Virus record (IMG/VR): IMGVR_UViG_3300022917_000010
Span: 687-64,686 of that record
From: a virus
Strand: one strand, 5' to 3'
DNA length: 64,000 nucleotides
Below the pieces are notes generated by a model. The model was not told the origin of the DNA. It made no database searches and saw nothing but the letters and a program-made list of their open reading frames with translations. The position numbers were made by a program, and so were the translations under genes. Position 1 is the first letter of the stretch, and each line of letters opens with the position of its first letter. Positions 35,974 to 44,491 of the stretch are shown here, piece after piece.

Positions 35974-38870
35974 GGCAGTTGCTGGTCCGTGCGGAGGGTC
36001 ATGGTCACCTGTGGGCTGTCGGAGGGAGTGTTAGCAGTGAAGATCGGCTGACCATTACCGCCGAACCATGCATCGGTAGGCGGCGCCGTGAGGCTGTCCA
36101 GCGACTGCGTTCCAGTGGCACCAGATGGCGTCAATGTGCGTGTGCCGCCAACAGGCGTCGGCAGTTTGGTGTTGATCATGTTGGTAGCGCCGAACGTAGT
36201 CGTAGTCAGATCGGTCTTGAGCACCTGCCAGTTCGCGAAGCGGGTGACCGTCCAACCCAGTGCGCCGCCGCCCGTAAAAGGCACGTTATTAGTGAAGGTG
36301 AAGGTATCCAACACGCCCCAGATTGTCGGGCTGTAGCCGGGCGTCGAGCCACCCGTCGCACTCCCTGTGTACGTGAAATTCTGACAGGAAAACATCGGCG
36401 CTTGAGCGGGGCATCCATTCAGCGCGAGGGCATTGTTGCCCGACCCGCCCGTGAAGCTGACAGTCAGCTTTGGAGCCGGGTGCGGGAAGATTTTCAGAGA
36501 GTTGGTGGTCCACGCCCCGGTCGGGAAACCGCCTGCCTCGCTGGTCTGTACGTAGGTGTTCACCGTGTCTTGGGTAACGTCCAGAACTTTGAAAAATCTT
36601 CCTGCCTGCGCAACGGTGCCGCCTCCGCCGCCGCCCTGCCACGCAACGTAGTGGCCGGGGACAAGGAGTCGGGTCTGTGTTTCGGCATACTGACAGCACC
36701 CGCTTGCGCTAAAGGCATTCGGAATTGTGATGATGCCGCCTGACATACTCCACGGATGCGACGCTTCGTCGACCTGATCAACCGGGGTGTTCCGGGTAAA
36801 ATCAGGCGTGGTGCAATTCGTGCATATGCTTTCATCCGAAACGCCGTAGGCTAGCGTGCCGACTTGGATGGTGGACGTCGCCGTGCTGTTGGTGATGTTG
36901 AGTTTTTTCGGACTTCCGAACCACGACTCCATGGTCGTGCCGTCAATATTGATCGTGTCAATCGAAGAACTCTGGACGTTGATTTTCTTGATCGAACCGC
37001 CGGTGATGTTCCATGTTCCGACTATTTTGTCGGTCTCAATGCTGCACGTCGAAGCATCAACGTTGATCCAGTTGTGCGTCACATTCTGCGTGGGGATCGC
37101 GCAGTGGACCCCGACCATCTTGGCGTCCCGCCATGTGATGTTGCGGCCGTTCGAGGTGGTCTGGCCGTTCGGGGTGACCAGCGACAAGTCCTTAAATTCG
37201 ACTGTGGTCTCCCACGTCGGATCAAGGACGTAGATCGTCGCCGGGCCACCTTGGTCTACCTCGAAAACATTCCGCCCCGTGTTGTATTGCGGCCATGTGT
37301 CCTTGTAGAGATTTGCGAACGGCGCATCGACGCAGACCTGATGCGTCGTGGAGTTTACAGAGACCACCGTTCGATATTCGAACCAGTGCGGATTGCTGGG
37401 ATAGCTGTATGGCGCCCCGTAATATGCCTGATTGGCCCAACCCCCGACCATGATCTTCGATCCAACCGGGAATAGGGCCGTCCGATCGCCGCCGCCCGTT
37501 CCCCCGCTGGTATAGGCCCCGTCGAACGTCATCTGGAATAGATCGACGTCGGTCCCGTTGATGACCTTGATCCAAAACAAGCCGTTTGAGCGCTGGGGAA
37601 GGAGCCCCTGCCCGACGATGTTGTTCAGAAACAGGGTGTCGCCGGTGGTGAGGCCCGTTGTCGAATTGAGGGAGACCCGAATATTGCCCTGAGACTGATA
37701 CTTCCCGCTCCCGCCTGACGTGGTGCGATTGCTAAGTTGATAGGTGCCGGCACCGCCCGGGGTGCCGGCGATCTGCGACACAATGTTCGTCGGCGCGCTG
37801 GTGCTAGCCCCGGTGCCATTCCATGAACCGCCGCCATAGACCACCTGCCCGACCGCAAGAACGCCGTCCTCGACCGAGGTTACGGTTAGAACGCCCGTAT
37901 TGGCCGCGATGCTGCCAGTATAGGACGCTGGCGCGGTGTAAGTGGCCTGCAAGGCGAAAGAGACCGACGCCGACATTGCATAGGTGCCAGTACCCCCAAC
38001 GCCCGTGGTCCCGGCGGTGCCGTATGGCTGCACCGTATTGAACGAACCGGCATTACTGGTTGCGTTGCCGATGATTGCTCCGGGGACGATCGTACCGGAC
38101 GTAATCGAGTTGACCGTCATCGTGGTCCCAGACGATGACGCTGAGAACCGCGCGGTGGAGGCGAAGCTCGGCTGAATGCCCGTCACCGTGACAGCGGGGG
38201 GTGTCTTTAGAGTAATGCAGCTATCGCCCGGATTAATGGTGTCCGTACGATTGCTATGGAAAGCGTCGTTGAACTGCCCGGAGCCGCCCAGCAGCATGCC
38301 ACCGGCAAGGCTCGAAATCCCCGAAGTCGCCGAACCATTCCCGGCCACCACAAGGTCGCCAATCCCCTTGAACGGGAACTGCTGAGCGCTGGTTATCCCA
38401 CAGAACCCAGGCAGATTGAGCTGCACCGGCGTCGTGCCTTGGTAGGCAGCCTTGAACGCCGTGTAGGCCGCCGTGGCGTCCGTTGCCCATACCAAATCAG
38501 CGGCCTGCGCCGTCTTTGGTGTCGAGATATCGCTGCCGACAACGATGTTCTGCGCGTTTGTGAAACTCGCAATCGTGCCCGTGTAGGTGCTGCCACCCGC
38601 GCCGACGCCGCCGATTGCGATTGTCTTACCGACGTCACCGCTGGAAAATATGCTGAGGCTGGAGAAAACGTTCCGGTTGCCGGTCCCGTTCGTGGTTATG
38701 GTGGGGCTGGCGTACTGACCGTCGCATACCGCGCCATAATCAGAGACGAGGTTTTTCTGCACCCGCGATGGAGCGGATGGCGCATAAGTCTGAAAGATGC
38801 CGAACGCCGCGTAGGCGCTCGACGTGATCAGCAGAGCGGCAAGGGCGGATAGGAACCTGCGCATGATCAT
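35970..38870 (-). CDS. Large signal-peptide-bearing tailspike/beta-helix-like protein
   Basis: MRRFLSALAALLITSSAYA|AFGIFQTYAP; KNLVSDYGAVCDG...TDATAAYTAF tailspike-type start; FCCH-like segment GDTLFLNNIVG...GAYTSGG. Confidence 0.65.
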   Translation of the reverse strand: MIMRRFLSALAALLITSSAYAAFGIFQTYAPSAPSRVQKNLVSDYGAVCDGQYASPTITTNGTGNRNVFSSLSIFSSGDVGKTIAIGGVGAGGSTYTGTIASFTNAQNIVVGSDISTPKTAQAADLVWATDATAAYTAFKAAYQGTTPVQLNLPGFCGITSAQQFPFKGIGDLVVAGNGSATSGISSLAGGMLLGGSGQFNDAFHSNRTDTINPGDSCITLKTPPAVTVTGIQPSFASTARFSASSSGTTMTVNSITSGTIVPGAIIGNATSNAGSFNTVQPYGTAGTTGVGGTGTYAMSASVSFALQATYTAPASYTGSIAANTGVLTVTSVEDGVLAVGQVVYGGGSWNGTGASTSAPTNIVSQIAGTPGGAGTYQLSNRTTSGGSGKYQSQGNIRVSLNSTTGLTTGDTLFLNNIVGQGLLPQRSNGLFWIKVINGTDVDLFQMTFDGAYTSGGTGGGDRTALFPVGSKIMVGGWANQAYYGAPYSYPSNPHWFEYRTVVSVNSTTHQVCVDAPFANLYKDTWPQYNTGRNVFEVDQGGPATIYVLDPTWETTVEFKDLSLVTPNGQTTSNGRNITWRDAKMVGVHCAIPTQNVTHNWINVDASTCSIETDKIVGTWNITGGSIKKINVQSSSIDTINIDGTTMESWFGSPKKLNITNSTATSTIQVGTLAYGVSDESICTNCTTPDFTRNTPVDQVDEASHPWSMSGGIITIPNAFSASGCCQYAETQTRLLVPGHYVAWQGGGGGGTVAQAGRFFKVLDVTQDTVNTYVQTSEAGGFPTGAWTTNSLKIFPHPAPKLTVSFTGGSGNNALALNGCPAQAPMFSCQNFTYTGSATGGSTPGYSPTIWGVLDTFTFTNNVPFTGGGALGWTVTRFANWQVLKTDLTTTTFGATNMINTKLPTPVGGTRTLTPSGATGTQSLDSLTAPPTDAWFGGNGQPIFTANTPSDSPQVTMTLRTDQQLP

Positions 38871-39781
38871 CCGCCGATGATCCGGCCGCCACCGCCGCCG
38901 CTAAGAGATGGAGGAGTGATGGTGATGTTGCTCGCGCGACCATAGTCAATAGAATTGGTTGCCGTGATGCCGTTGGTGACCGCCGTCACGTCGCGGAATG
39001 AACAATAATTGCATGTAGCCCCGCCTCCGCTCAGGGTGAGCGTCACGCTATTGTTTGGTGCAGTTGTTGCAAAACCTGTCCAAGCGTTGACGCCCCCACC
39101 TGAAAATACAAGCGACCCCGTGACCGTCCAGTTGGTGGCATTTGAAAAAATGAGATAGTTTGGGGCCTGAATATTGAAGGTGCCAATCGTGGGGCTACTA
39201 CCTTGCATACTAGTAGCGCCGCCTACAGCCGTTCCTTGCAGAGTCACAACATTGTATGTGAAGGTGCCAAGGTTCATTGTTACTGTTTGATTTTGTGCAA
39301 CGCCTGCAATCGAACGAACCGTTGATGTATTCGCGTTAAAGGTGAGGTTGGTGGCTCCATTCTGATTCCAGCCGCTGCCGCCGCCAGTATTGCCGACCGT
39401 CCAAGTGCTGGCGCCAAGATTTAGAGTTCGCGTCCCGGCTCCGGTGTTCGCTAAGTTGCCAATGTCAACTGACGCGGTATCGCCAGAATTACCAAGCGTG
39501 CCGGTAAACAGATTCATTGTGAGCGTGCCAACCGTCCAGTTGACGTTGCGCGTGATTGTGCCGCCGCCAGAGGATGCATCGAACGTGGCCGTGTCCGCTC
39601 CGGAGTTGGGCCAGCCGCCTGCCGCCGCGCAAGTGCTGGCGCTGCCACCCGTAGCATTTGACCATTTCGTGGTGTCGTTGATATTGCCGGTGCCGCCGAC
39701 CCAGAAACATGCAGCAGCATTGGCGACATTCGGCGCCCAGCACGCGAGCGCGAGAAGGAAAAGGCCGAAGAGTTTGTTCAT
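38867..39781 (-). CDS. Signal-peptide-bearing beta-solenoid-like protein
   Basis: MNKLFGLFLLALACWAPNVANA|AACFWVGGTGNINDTTKWS; Thr/Asn/Gly repeats; ends GGGGGRIIGG. Confidence 0.65.
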   Translation of the reverse strand: MNKLFGLFLLALACWAPNVANAAACFWVGGTGNINDTTKWSNATGGSASTCAAAGGWPNSGADTATFDASSGGGTITRNVNWTVGTLTMNLFTGTLGNSGDTASVDIGNLANTGAGTRTLNLGASTWTVGNTGGGSGWNQNGATNLTFNANTSTVRSIAGVAQNQTVTMNLGTFTYNVVTLQGTAVGGATSMQGSSPTIGTFNIQAPNYLIFSNATNWTVTGSLVFSGGGVNAWTGFATTAPNNSVTLTLSGGGATCNYCSFRDVTAVTNGITATNSIDYGRASNITITPPSLSGGGGGRIIGG

Positions 39782-39791
39782 GGCGATGCCC

Positions 39792-40925
39792 TCACGGTGC
39801 CTGGACGTATTTGAGAACGCCAGCGAGCGGCGTTGCAGCGGATGTAATTAGGCATAGACCGACGTTTGTTCCTGCCGTCTGCGCGACGGCGACCTTGCCG
39901 CCGGCCTGCAGAAAGATTCCGCTGTTGGCCGCGAAGTTCGGCCCGTTGGCTGCGGTAGTGCCGCCGATGACACCCGCCGTGCCGGTGCCGCAGGTGCCGC
40001 CCGTGCCCTCGACGATGCCGATGTTGTCCGCCGCCGCCGATGTCAGGAACAGCGAACAAATGTAGGTCTTGTTGCTTGCGGATGCCGCGACAATTTGAGT
40101 CGTGGTTGCCGTCGTAATGCTGATCGGCAACGATGTCTGGAGGTTGGCTTCGCAGGGGTCGATGATGGCATTCCGCGTGCCGTCACCAGATCGAGATGGG
40201 AGCGGAGTTGCCGCCGCGACGCCGACAAGATTGCCGCCAGAGTTGAACCCGAAGTAATTGGCATTGGCTGGAACAGCCGCCGCCGTAGCGCCGAGGCCCC
40301 AGTTCGCCGCGGTGCCCGGATTGCTCAGGAACGGCGTCATGGATGCGATACCCTGCACCGTGACGACTTCCGTCGATGCCGTGCCAGCCGTGCCCACAGC
40401 CGCGCCTGCGACCGTCGAGCCGGTACCGGAGTTCTTGGCAATGGCCACCGGCGACGAGCTGGCGAGAGCCGCCTGCCCGTTCGCGTTGGTATTGCTCACA
40501 ACAACCGTTGGATAGCCATTCGCGCTGCACTGCACCGCGGAACCTTGGCCGTTCGTCAGCGTGATCGGCGTCGAATTATAGATGCACCCCGTAAGCAGCG
40601 AATTGGACGCGGCGGTGCCGGCAGCGACCGTTCCCCTCATTGTGAGGAGATCGACCCAGGAACCCGCAGCGAAGGCCCCGGACAGGAACGACCCGCTGGC
40701 AAACGCGCTGGCCGCCCCCTGAATGAACAGAGGCGATCCGCTAACGCCGATCTGCGTGCCAGTGGCATTGACCAATGCGTGCCCCGGCGCCTGCACCCCC
40801 GACCCGACATCCACCGACCTCATCGTGACCCCGCTACCCGGCGTCAAGACAATTGCGTTGTCGGCCGCGACCGCGGCAGAGGCCCACAAGGAGCCGATCA
40901 GAAGAATTGAGAGAAGCTTTTTCAT
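39792..40925 (-). CDS. Signal-peptide-bearing fibre-like protein
   Basis: MKKLLSILLIGSLWASAAVA|ADN; Ala/Gly/Thr-rich shaft; C-terminal beta-sandwich with 4 Cys. Confidence 0.65.
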   Translation of the reverse strand: MKKLLSILLIGSLWASAAVAADNAIVLTPGSGVTMRSVDVGSGVQAPGHALVNATGTQIGVSGSPLFIQGAASAFASGSFLSGAFAAGSWVDLLTMRGTVAAGTAASNSLLTGCIYNSTPITLTNGQGSAVQCSANGYPTVVVSNTNANGQAALASSSPVAIAKNSGTGSTVAGAAVGTAGTASTEVVTVQGIASMTPFLSNPGTAANWGLGATAAAVPANANYFGFNSGGNLVGVAAATPLPSRSGDGTRNAIIDPCEANLQTSLPISITTATTTQIVAASASNKTYICSLFLTSAAADNIGIVEGTGGTCGTGTAGVIGGTTAANGPNFAANSGIFLQAGGKVAVAQTAGTNVGLCLITSAATPLAGVLKYVQAP

Positions 40926-40935
40926 GACCGTTTTC

Positions 40936-41109
40936 CTAGAGAGCCCCGATATACTGGCTGTTGCAGGCTTGCGAAAAATCGAGAGTGTTGGAGCATCCCC
41001 CACCGCCGCCAGAACCAGACCTGCCGGGGCCGGGGAACGGGAAGAACTGTGCGAGCGCCGCGCCCGCCCACGCCGCCAATGCGAGCGCCAAAACCAACCG
41101 CTTTATCAT
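40936..41109 (-). CDS. Secreted mini-peptide
   Basis: MIKRLVLALALAAWAGAALA|QFFPFPGPGRSGSGGGGGCSNTLDFSQACNSQYIGAL; 4-nt overlap with the upstream gene. Confidence 0.65.
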   Translation of the reverse strand: MIKRLVLALALAAWAGAALAQFFPFPGPGRSGSGGGGGCSNTLDFSQACNSQYIGAL

Positions 41110-41960
41110 CGCGTAACCCTCCAATTGAGGGTGACAGCGCCTGGCGTGATCGAGGATGAGGTCGGGTTGCAAACCTTGAAGTTGACGTTGTTGGCGGTCG
41201 GATATGGATATATCGCCAGCCCGCCCGTCGTCACCGGCGCGTATCCCGTCACCGCGGTAATGTCAGCGTTGGGTGTGAAACTGATCGTGTCGGTCGTGGC
41301 CGTGTTCGTGGCGGTAGCCGTGACCGCCGTGGCGCACGCCCCCGACGTGATCGCGCTGGTCCCAAGGACCGCCGTCCCTGCAGCGATGGTCTGCGTCGAC
41401 CCGCCAGCCGCAGAAACAGCCGCAGCGAGTTGAGCTGCCACACCAGTCCCGAGGCCGGTAATGCCCGCAATCGGCAGTCCCGTGACGTTGGTCAAGGTGC
41501 CACTGGAAGGCGTCCCGAGGGCCCCGTTAAAGAGAACCGGCGCGCCCGCGGACCCGATATTGACCGCCAGCGCCGTCGCGACGCCAGTGCCCAAGCCCGT
41601 GATGCTGCCGATCGCCGGCGTGCAGGTCGCCGCGGAGATCGCCGTCGTGAGCCCCTTCGCGTTCTGCGTGGTGGTGATGCACGACGTTGCGCTGCCGAAG
41701 GTGCCGACGTTCGCGTTCACCGTGGCGAGGGTAAGAGCGCCCAGCCCCGTGGCTGCGGCGTCCCCCGACATCAGGCCGTAGACATAAGCGGCGTTCTGCG
41801 CCGCGGTCCCCTTCCGATCAGCGCCGCCCTGCACCACGTAGAACAGTTCGGTGCCACCAAGCGCGCTGGCCGCAGTCAGCGCCGTGACGGTGCTATCAGC
41901 CGCTTTGGCCGGCGACAGGAGAGCCAAAAGGCCCGCCGCGATCAGTAAATGACGTCGCAT
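41106..41960 (-). CDS. Signal-peptide-bearing fibre-like protein
   Basis: MRRHLLIAAGLLALLSPAKA|ADSTVTALTAASALGGTELFYVVQGG; ITGLGTGVA repeated twice. Confidence 0.7.
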   Translation of the reverse strand: MRRHLLIAAGLLALLSPAKAADSTVTALTAASALGGTELFYVVQGGADRKGTAAQNAAYVYGLMSGDAAATGLGALTLATVNANVGTFGSATSCITTTQNAKGLTTAISAATCTPAIGSITGLGTGVATALAVNIGSAGAPVLFNGALGTPSSGTLTNVTGLPIAGITGLGTGVAAQLAAAVSAAGGSTQTIAAGTAVLGTSAITSGACATAVTATATNTATTDTISFTPNADITAVTGYAPVTTGGLAIYPYPTANNVNFKVCNPTSSSITPGAVTLNWRVTR

Positions 41961-42187
41961 CAGCAGCCTCCCGCGCGGCAAACCTTACTCGCGCCATCGG
42001 TTTGAAGAAGAAAGGAAGTGTCATCGACGAGGAGGATCTTGCCAGTCGGGACTGGAACCGAGCCGCCCGGCGTCGTCACGCCCGGGCCATTGATACCGCC
42101 CGGGCAGAACCCGCGGCCGCATTTGTTGAATTGGGCGAACGCCGCCCCTGAAAGAACCAGCAAAATTAGCACAATGAAAGTTTTCAC
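41960..42187 (-). CDS. Secreted mini-protein
   Basis: GTG start MKTFIVLILLVLSGAAFA|QFNKCGRGFCPGG...KVCRAGGC. Confidence 0.6.
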   Translation of the reverse strand: MKTFIVLILLVLSGAAFAQFNKCGRGFCPGGINGPGVTTPGGSVPVPTGKILLVDDTSFLLQTDGASKVCRAGGC

Positions 42188-42225
42188 TATTGCGCCTTTC
42201 CGCCGTATGAGGCAAAATAGCTTCC

Positions 42226-42804
42226 ATGAAACTTTGCCAAATCGCCGGATGCGGCGGGAAGCACCAGGCGCACGGCCTGTGCGACAAGCATTATCGCCGC
42301 TTCCGCCACCATGGCGATACAAACCTCAGAGCGCCGGCCATCGACCAGTTCTGGTCTAAAGTAGATCAATCTGGCGGCCCCGATTCCTGCTGGCCTTGGC
42401 AGCAGTCCACAGATAGCGGCGGATATGGCGCGGCATGGGATGGCGAAAAGAGGTGGAAATCTCACCGACTGGCTTGGACGCTGACTAATGGAGTCATCCC
42501 CGATGGGGTTGATGTGCTCCACCATTGCGACAACCCGCCATGCTGCAACCCATCCCATCTTTGGCTTGGGAAAGATTTGGACAATATCGTCGATTGCATC
42601 AGCAAGGGCAGATATAACCGACAGCGAGGCGATGATCGGCCAAATAGTAAAATTACCGAGGCACAAGCCCGAGAGATATTGTTTATTTGGGGACAAGATG
42701 GCCGCCCGACGCTGCGCGAGATCGGAGACCGCTACGGCATAGCGATTTCTACCGTACACGGGCTGGTCACGCGGCAAAGGTGGAAGCACCTCGATAATCA
42801 TTGA
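42226..42804 (+). CDS. HNH homing endonuclease inserted in inverted orientation
   Basis: FWSKVD...CWPW...SHRLAW...VLHHCDNPPCCNPSHLWLG...NIVDCISKGR. Confidence 0.92.
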   Translation: MKLCQIAGCGGKHQAHGLCDKHYRRFRHHGDTNLRAPAIDQFWSKVDQSGGPDSCWPWQQSTDSGGYGAAWDGEKRWKSHRLAWTLTNGVIPDGVDVLHHCDNPPCCNPSHLWLGKDLDNIVDCISKGRYNRQRGDDRPNSKITEAQAREILFIWGQDGRPTLREIGDRYGIAISTVHGLVTRQRWKHLDNH

Positions 42805-43154
42805 CGCTCACACGAATACCGATCGCCAGTGCCGGCGGATATAATCGACGCCGTGCTTATCGTGGGCCCGTTGACATCGCTGAAAAAAGAGCCGCCGGCC
42901 GCCGTGCCCGACCCAGGTTGAAGGGTCCAAGATCCCGCCCCGCAATTCGTGCCCGCGATCGTCGCCGCCACTCCGCTGAATGAAACGCACATCAGATTCG
43001 CGGAATTGTTCATCAGCATGAGCTTGCGGACGTTCGAACTCGTAAATATCGTCTGCGCCGTCCCGCCCGTCGTGATCGTCCCCGAGCAATCCGTGGCAAA
43101 TGCCGCGCCGCACCACAAAACCGTAGCCAGAAACGCCGCAATAAATCGCATCAT
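42798..43154 (-). CDS. Signal-peptide-bearing small beta-rich protein
   Basis: MMRFIAAFLATVLWCGAAFA|TDCSGTITTGGTAQ; 4 Cys in the mature part. Confidence 0.7.
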   Translation of the reverse strand: MMRFIAAFLATVLWCGAAFATDCSGTITTGGTAQTIFTSSNVRKLMLMNNSANLMCVSFSGVAATIAGTNCGAGSWTLQPGSGTAAGGSFFSDVNGPTISTASIISAGTGDRYSCERQ

Positions 43155-43157
43155 GAA

Positions 43158-43388
43158 TCACCTTGCCCGGTTCAAGAGTTCCGTTGCCACGACCCGGGAT
43201 GCGAGGACCAGATCAGTGTTCGGCCTTATCTGTTCCGATTGTATAACAAAACCTTCGCCGTTCGCATAGCTTCCCGAGAAATACAGTTTCTGGATACCGC
43301 CCGGCAACGTCTCCATCAGCGCCTTGGTGCAGGTCGCCACCGGCCGCACCACCTCGTTGAACGAATTTTTAAGGTCGGCGACCCCCAT
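43158..43388 (-). CDS. Hypothetical protein
   Basis: 76 aa ORF filling the gap in the operon. Confidence 0.45.
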   Translation of the reverse strand: MGVADLKNSFNEVVRPVATCTKALMETLPGGIQKLYFSGSYANGEGFVIQSEQIRPNTDLVLASRVVATELLNRAR

Positions 43389-43389
43389 C

Positions 43390-44001
43390 CTAGCCTCCCA
43401 AAGCGCGGTCTACCGACCAGCCCCTCTTCAATCGGCCATGGACACACGCATAATGGAGCCCAGCCAGATCAGCCGCCTCCGCCAAACACATATCCCGGCC
43501 TCGAAAGTTGACGATTCTATTCGACCGCCGATTCCTTGCCTGATCTACCCACGTAGCCCACCGGCAATTTGACGGTTCGTAATTCCCATCGTTATCAGGG
43601 AACCTATCAAGCGTGTGCGCCTCAGAGGGGCGGCGTCCCATATCTTCAAGGAAATTGTTAAAATCATCCCACCGCTCACAAACCGTAATGCCACGGCCGC
43701 CGTAGTCGGCATAATGCCTCCCATCAACATTCCGGCAGCGCTCCCGCATCTGCTGCCAAATAACGTGCTCAGTGGACACCGCGCCACCACGGGCGTCGCC
43801 GTGAACGATTTGAGATCGGCAAATCTCAGAATGAGCGCACCCGCACGAGGTCGTGTTGCCGCGCCGCAAATTGCTCCCGATAACAATGCACTCATTACCG
43901 CAATCGCATTTGCAGAGCCATTTCGTATACCGGCCAGCCGGCACTCGCCGCACTACTCGAAGGCGCGAAAATACCTGCCCAACATGATCTTTAACCTCCA
44001 T
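43390..44001 (-). CDS. HNH-like homing endonuclease
   Basis: KWLCKCDCGN...TTSCGC...WQQMRERC...YGGRGITVCERW...TLDRFPDNDGNYEPSNCRWAT. Confidence 0.9.
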   Translation of the reverse strand: MEVKDHVGQVFSRLRVVRRVPAGRYTKWLCKCDCGNECIVIGSNLRRGNTTSCGCAHSEICRSQIVHGDARGGAVSTEHVIWQQMRERCRNVDGRHYADYGGRGITVCERWDDFNNFLEDMGRRPSEAHTLDRFPDNDGNYEPSNCRWATWVDQARNRRSNRIVNFRGRDMCLAEAADLAGLHYACVHGRLKRGWSVDRALGG

Positions 44002-44018
44002 GCATCGCCTCCCGTGCC

Positions 44019-44491
44019 TTAATGACCATCGCCCGCCCTCGCGTTCATCGCATCGACCTCAGCCTGAGAGTGGCCTGTCTCCGCCGCCCATTCGGCTAAA
44101 ATCCTCCGGGCCTCTTCCGGACGCATCGCCAGGACGGCGGCCTCTACGCGGCTCTTAGCCCTGCTGGCGCGCTGATTCGCCCGCCAGTCCAACCCGGCCG
44201 CCTTGGCCCGCGCGCGCCGATCGTGGCGGCTCATAGCATCACTTCCGCGCGGCGCCGGGCCAACTCACCCATATGCCGGGCTTTCTCCGCAATCTTCGAC
44301 GGCCCGCCGCACATCATATCGATATAGCGGGTCACATTCGGCTCACCGGCGATATGATAGGTGGCACGGATCGTTCGAGTTTCGGGCTGGACCACCTCAA
44401 GCTTATCCAGCAAAACCCGATGACCACAGCGGCGCAGAAACGCCAAAGATGCAACTTCCTCGTTGAACCATTCGCTCATCACTGGCTCCAA
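44019..44491 (-). CDS. Two small hypothetical ORFs (44019-44234, 44231-44479/44491)
   Basis: Coupled to the terminase large subunit. Confidence 0.45.
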
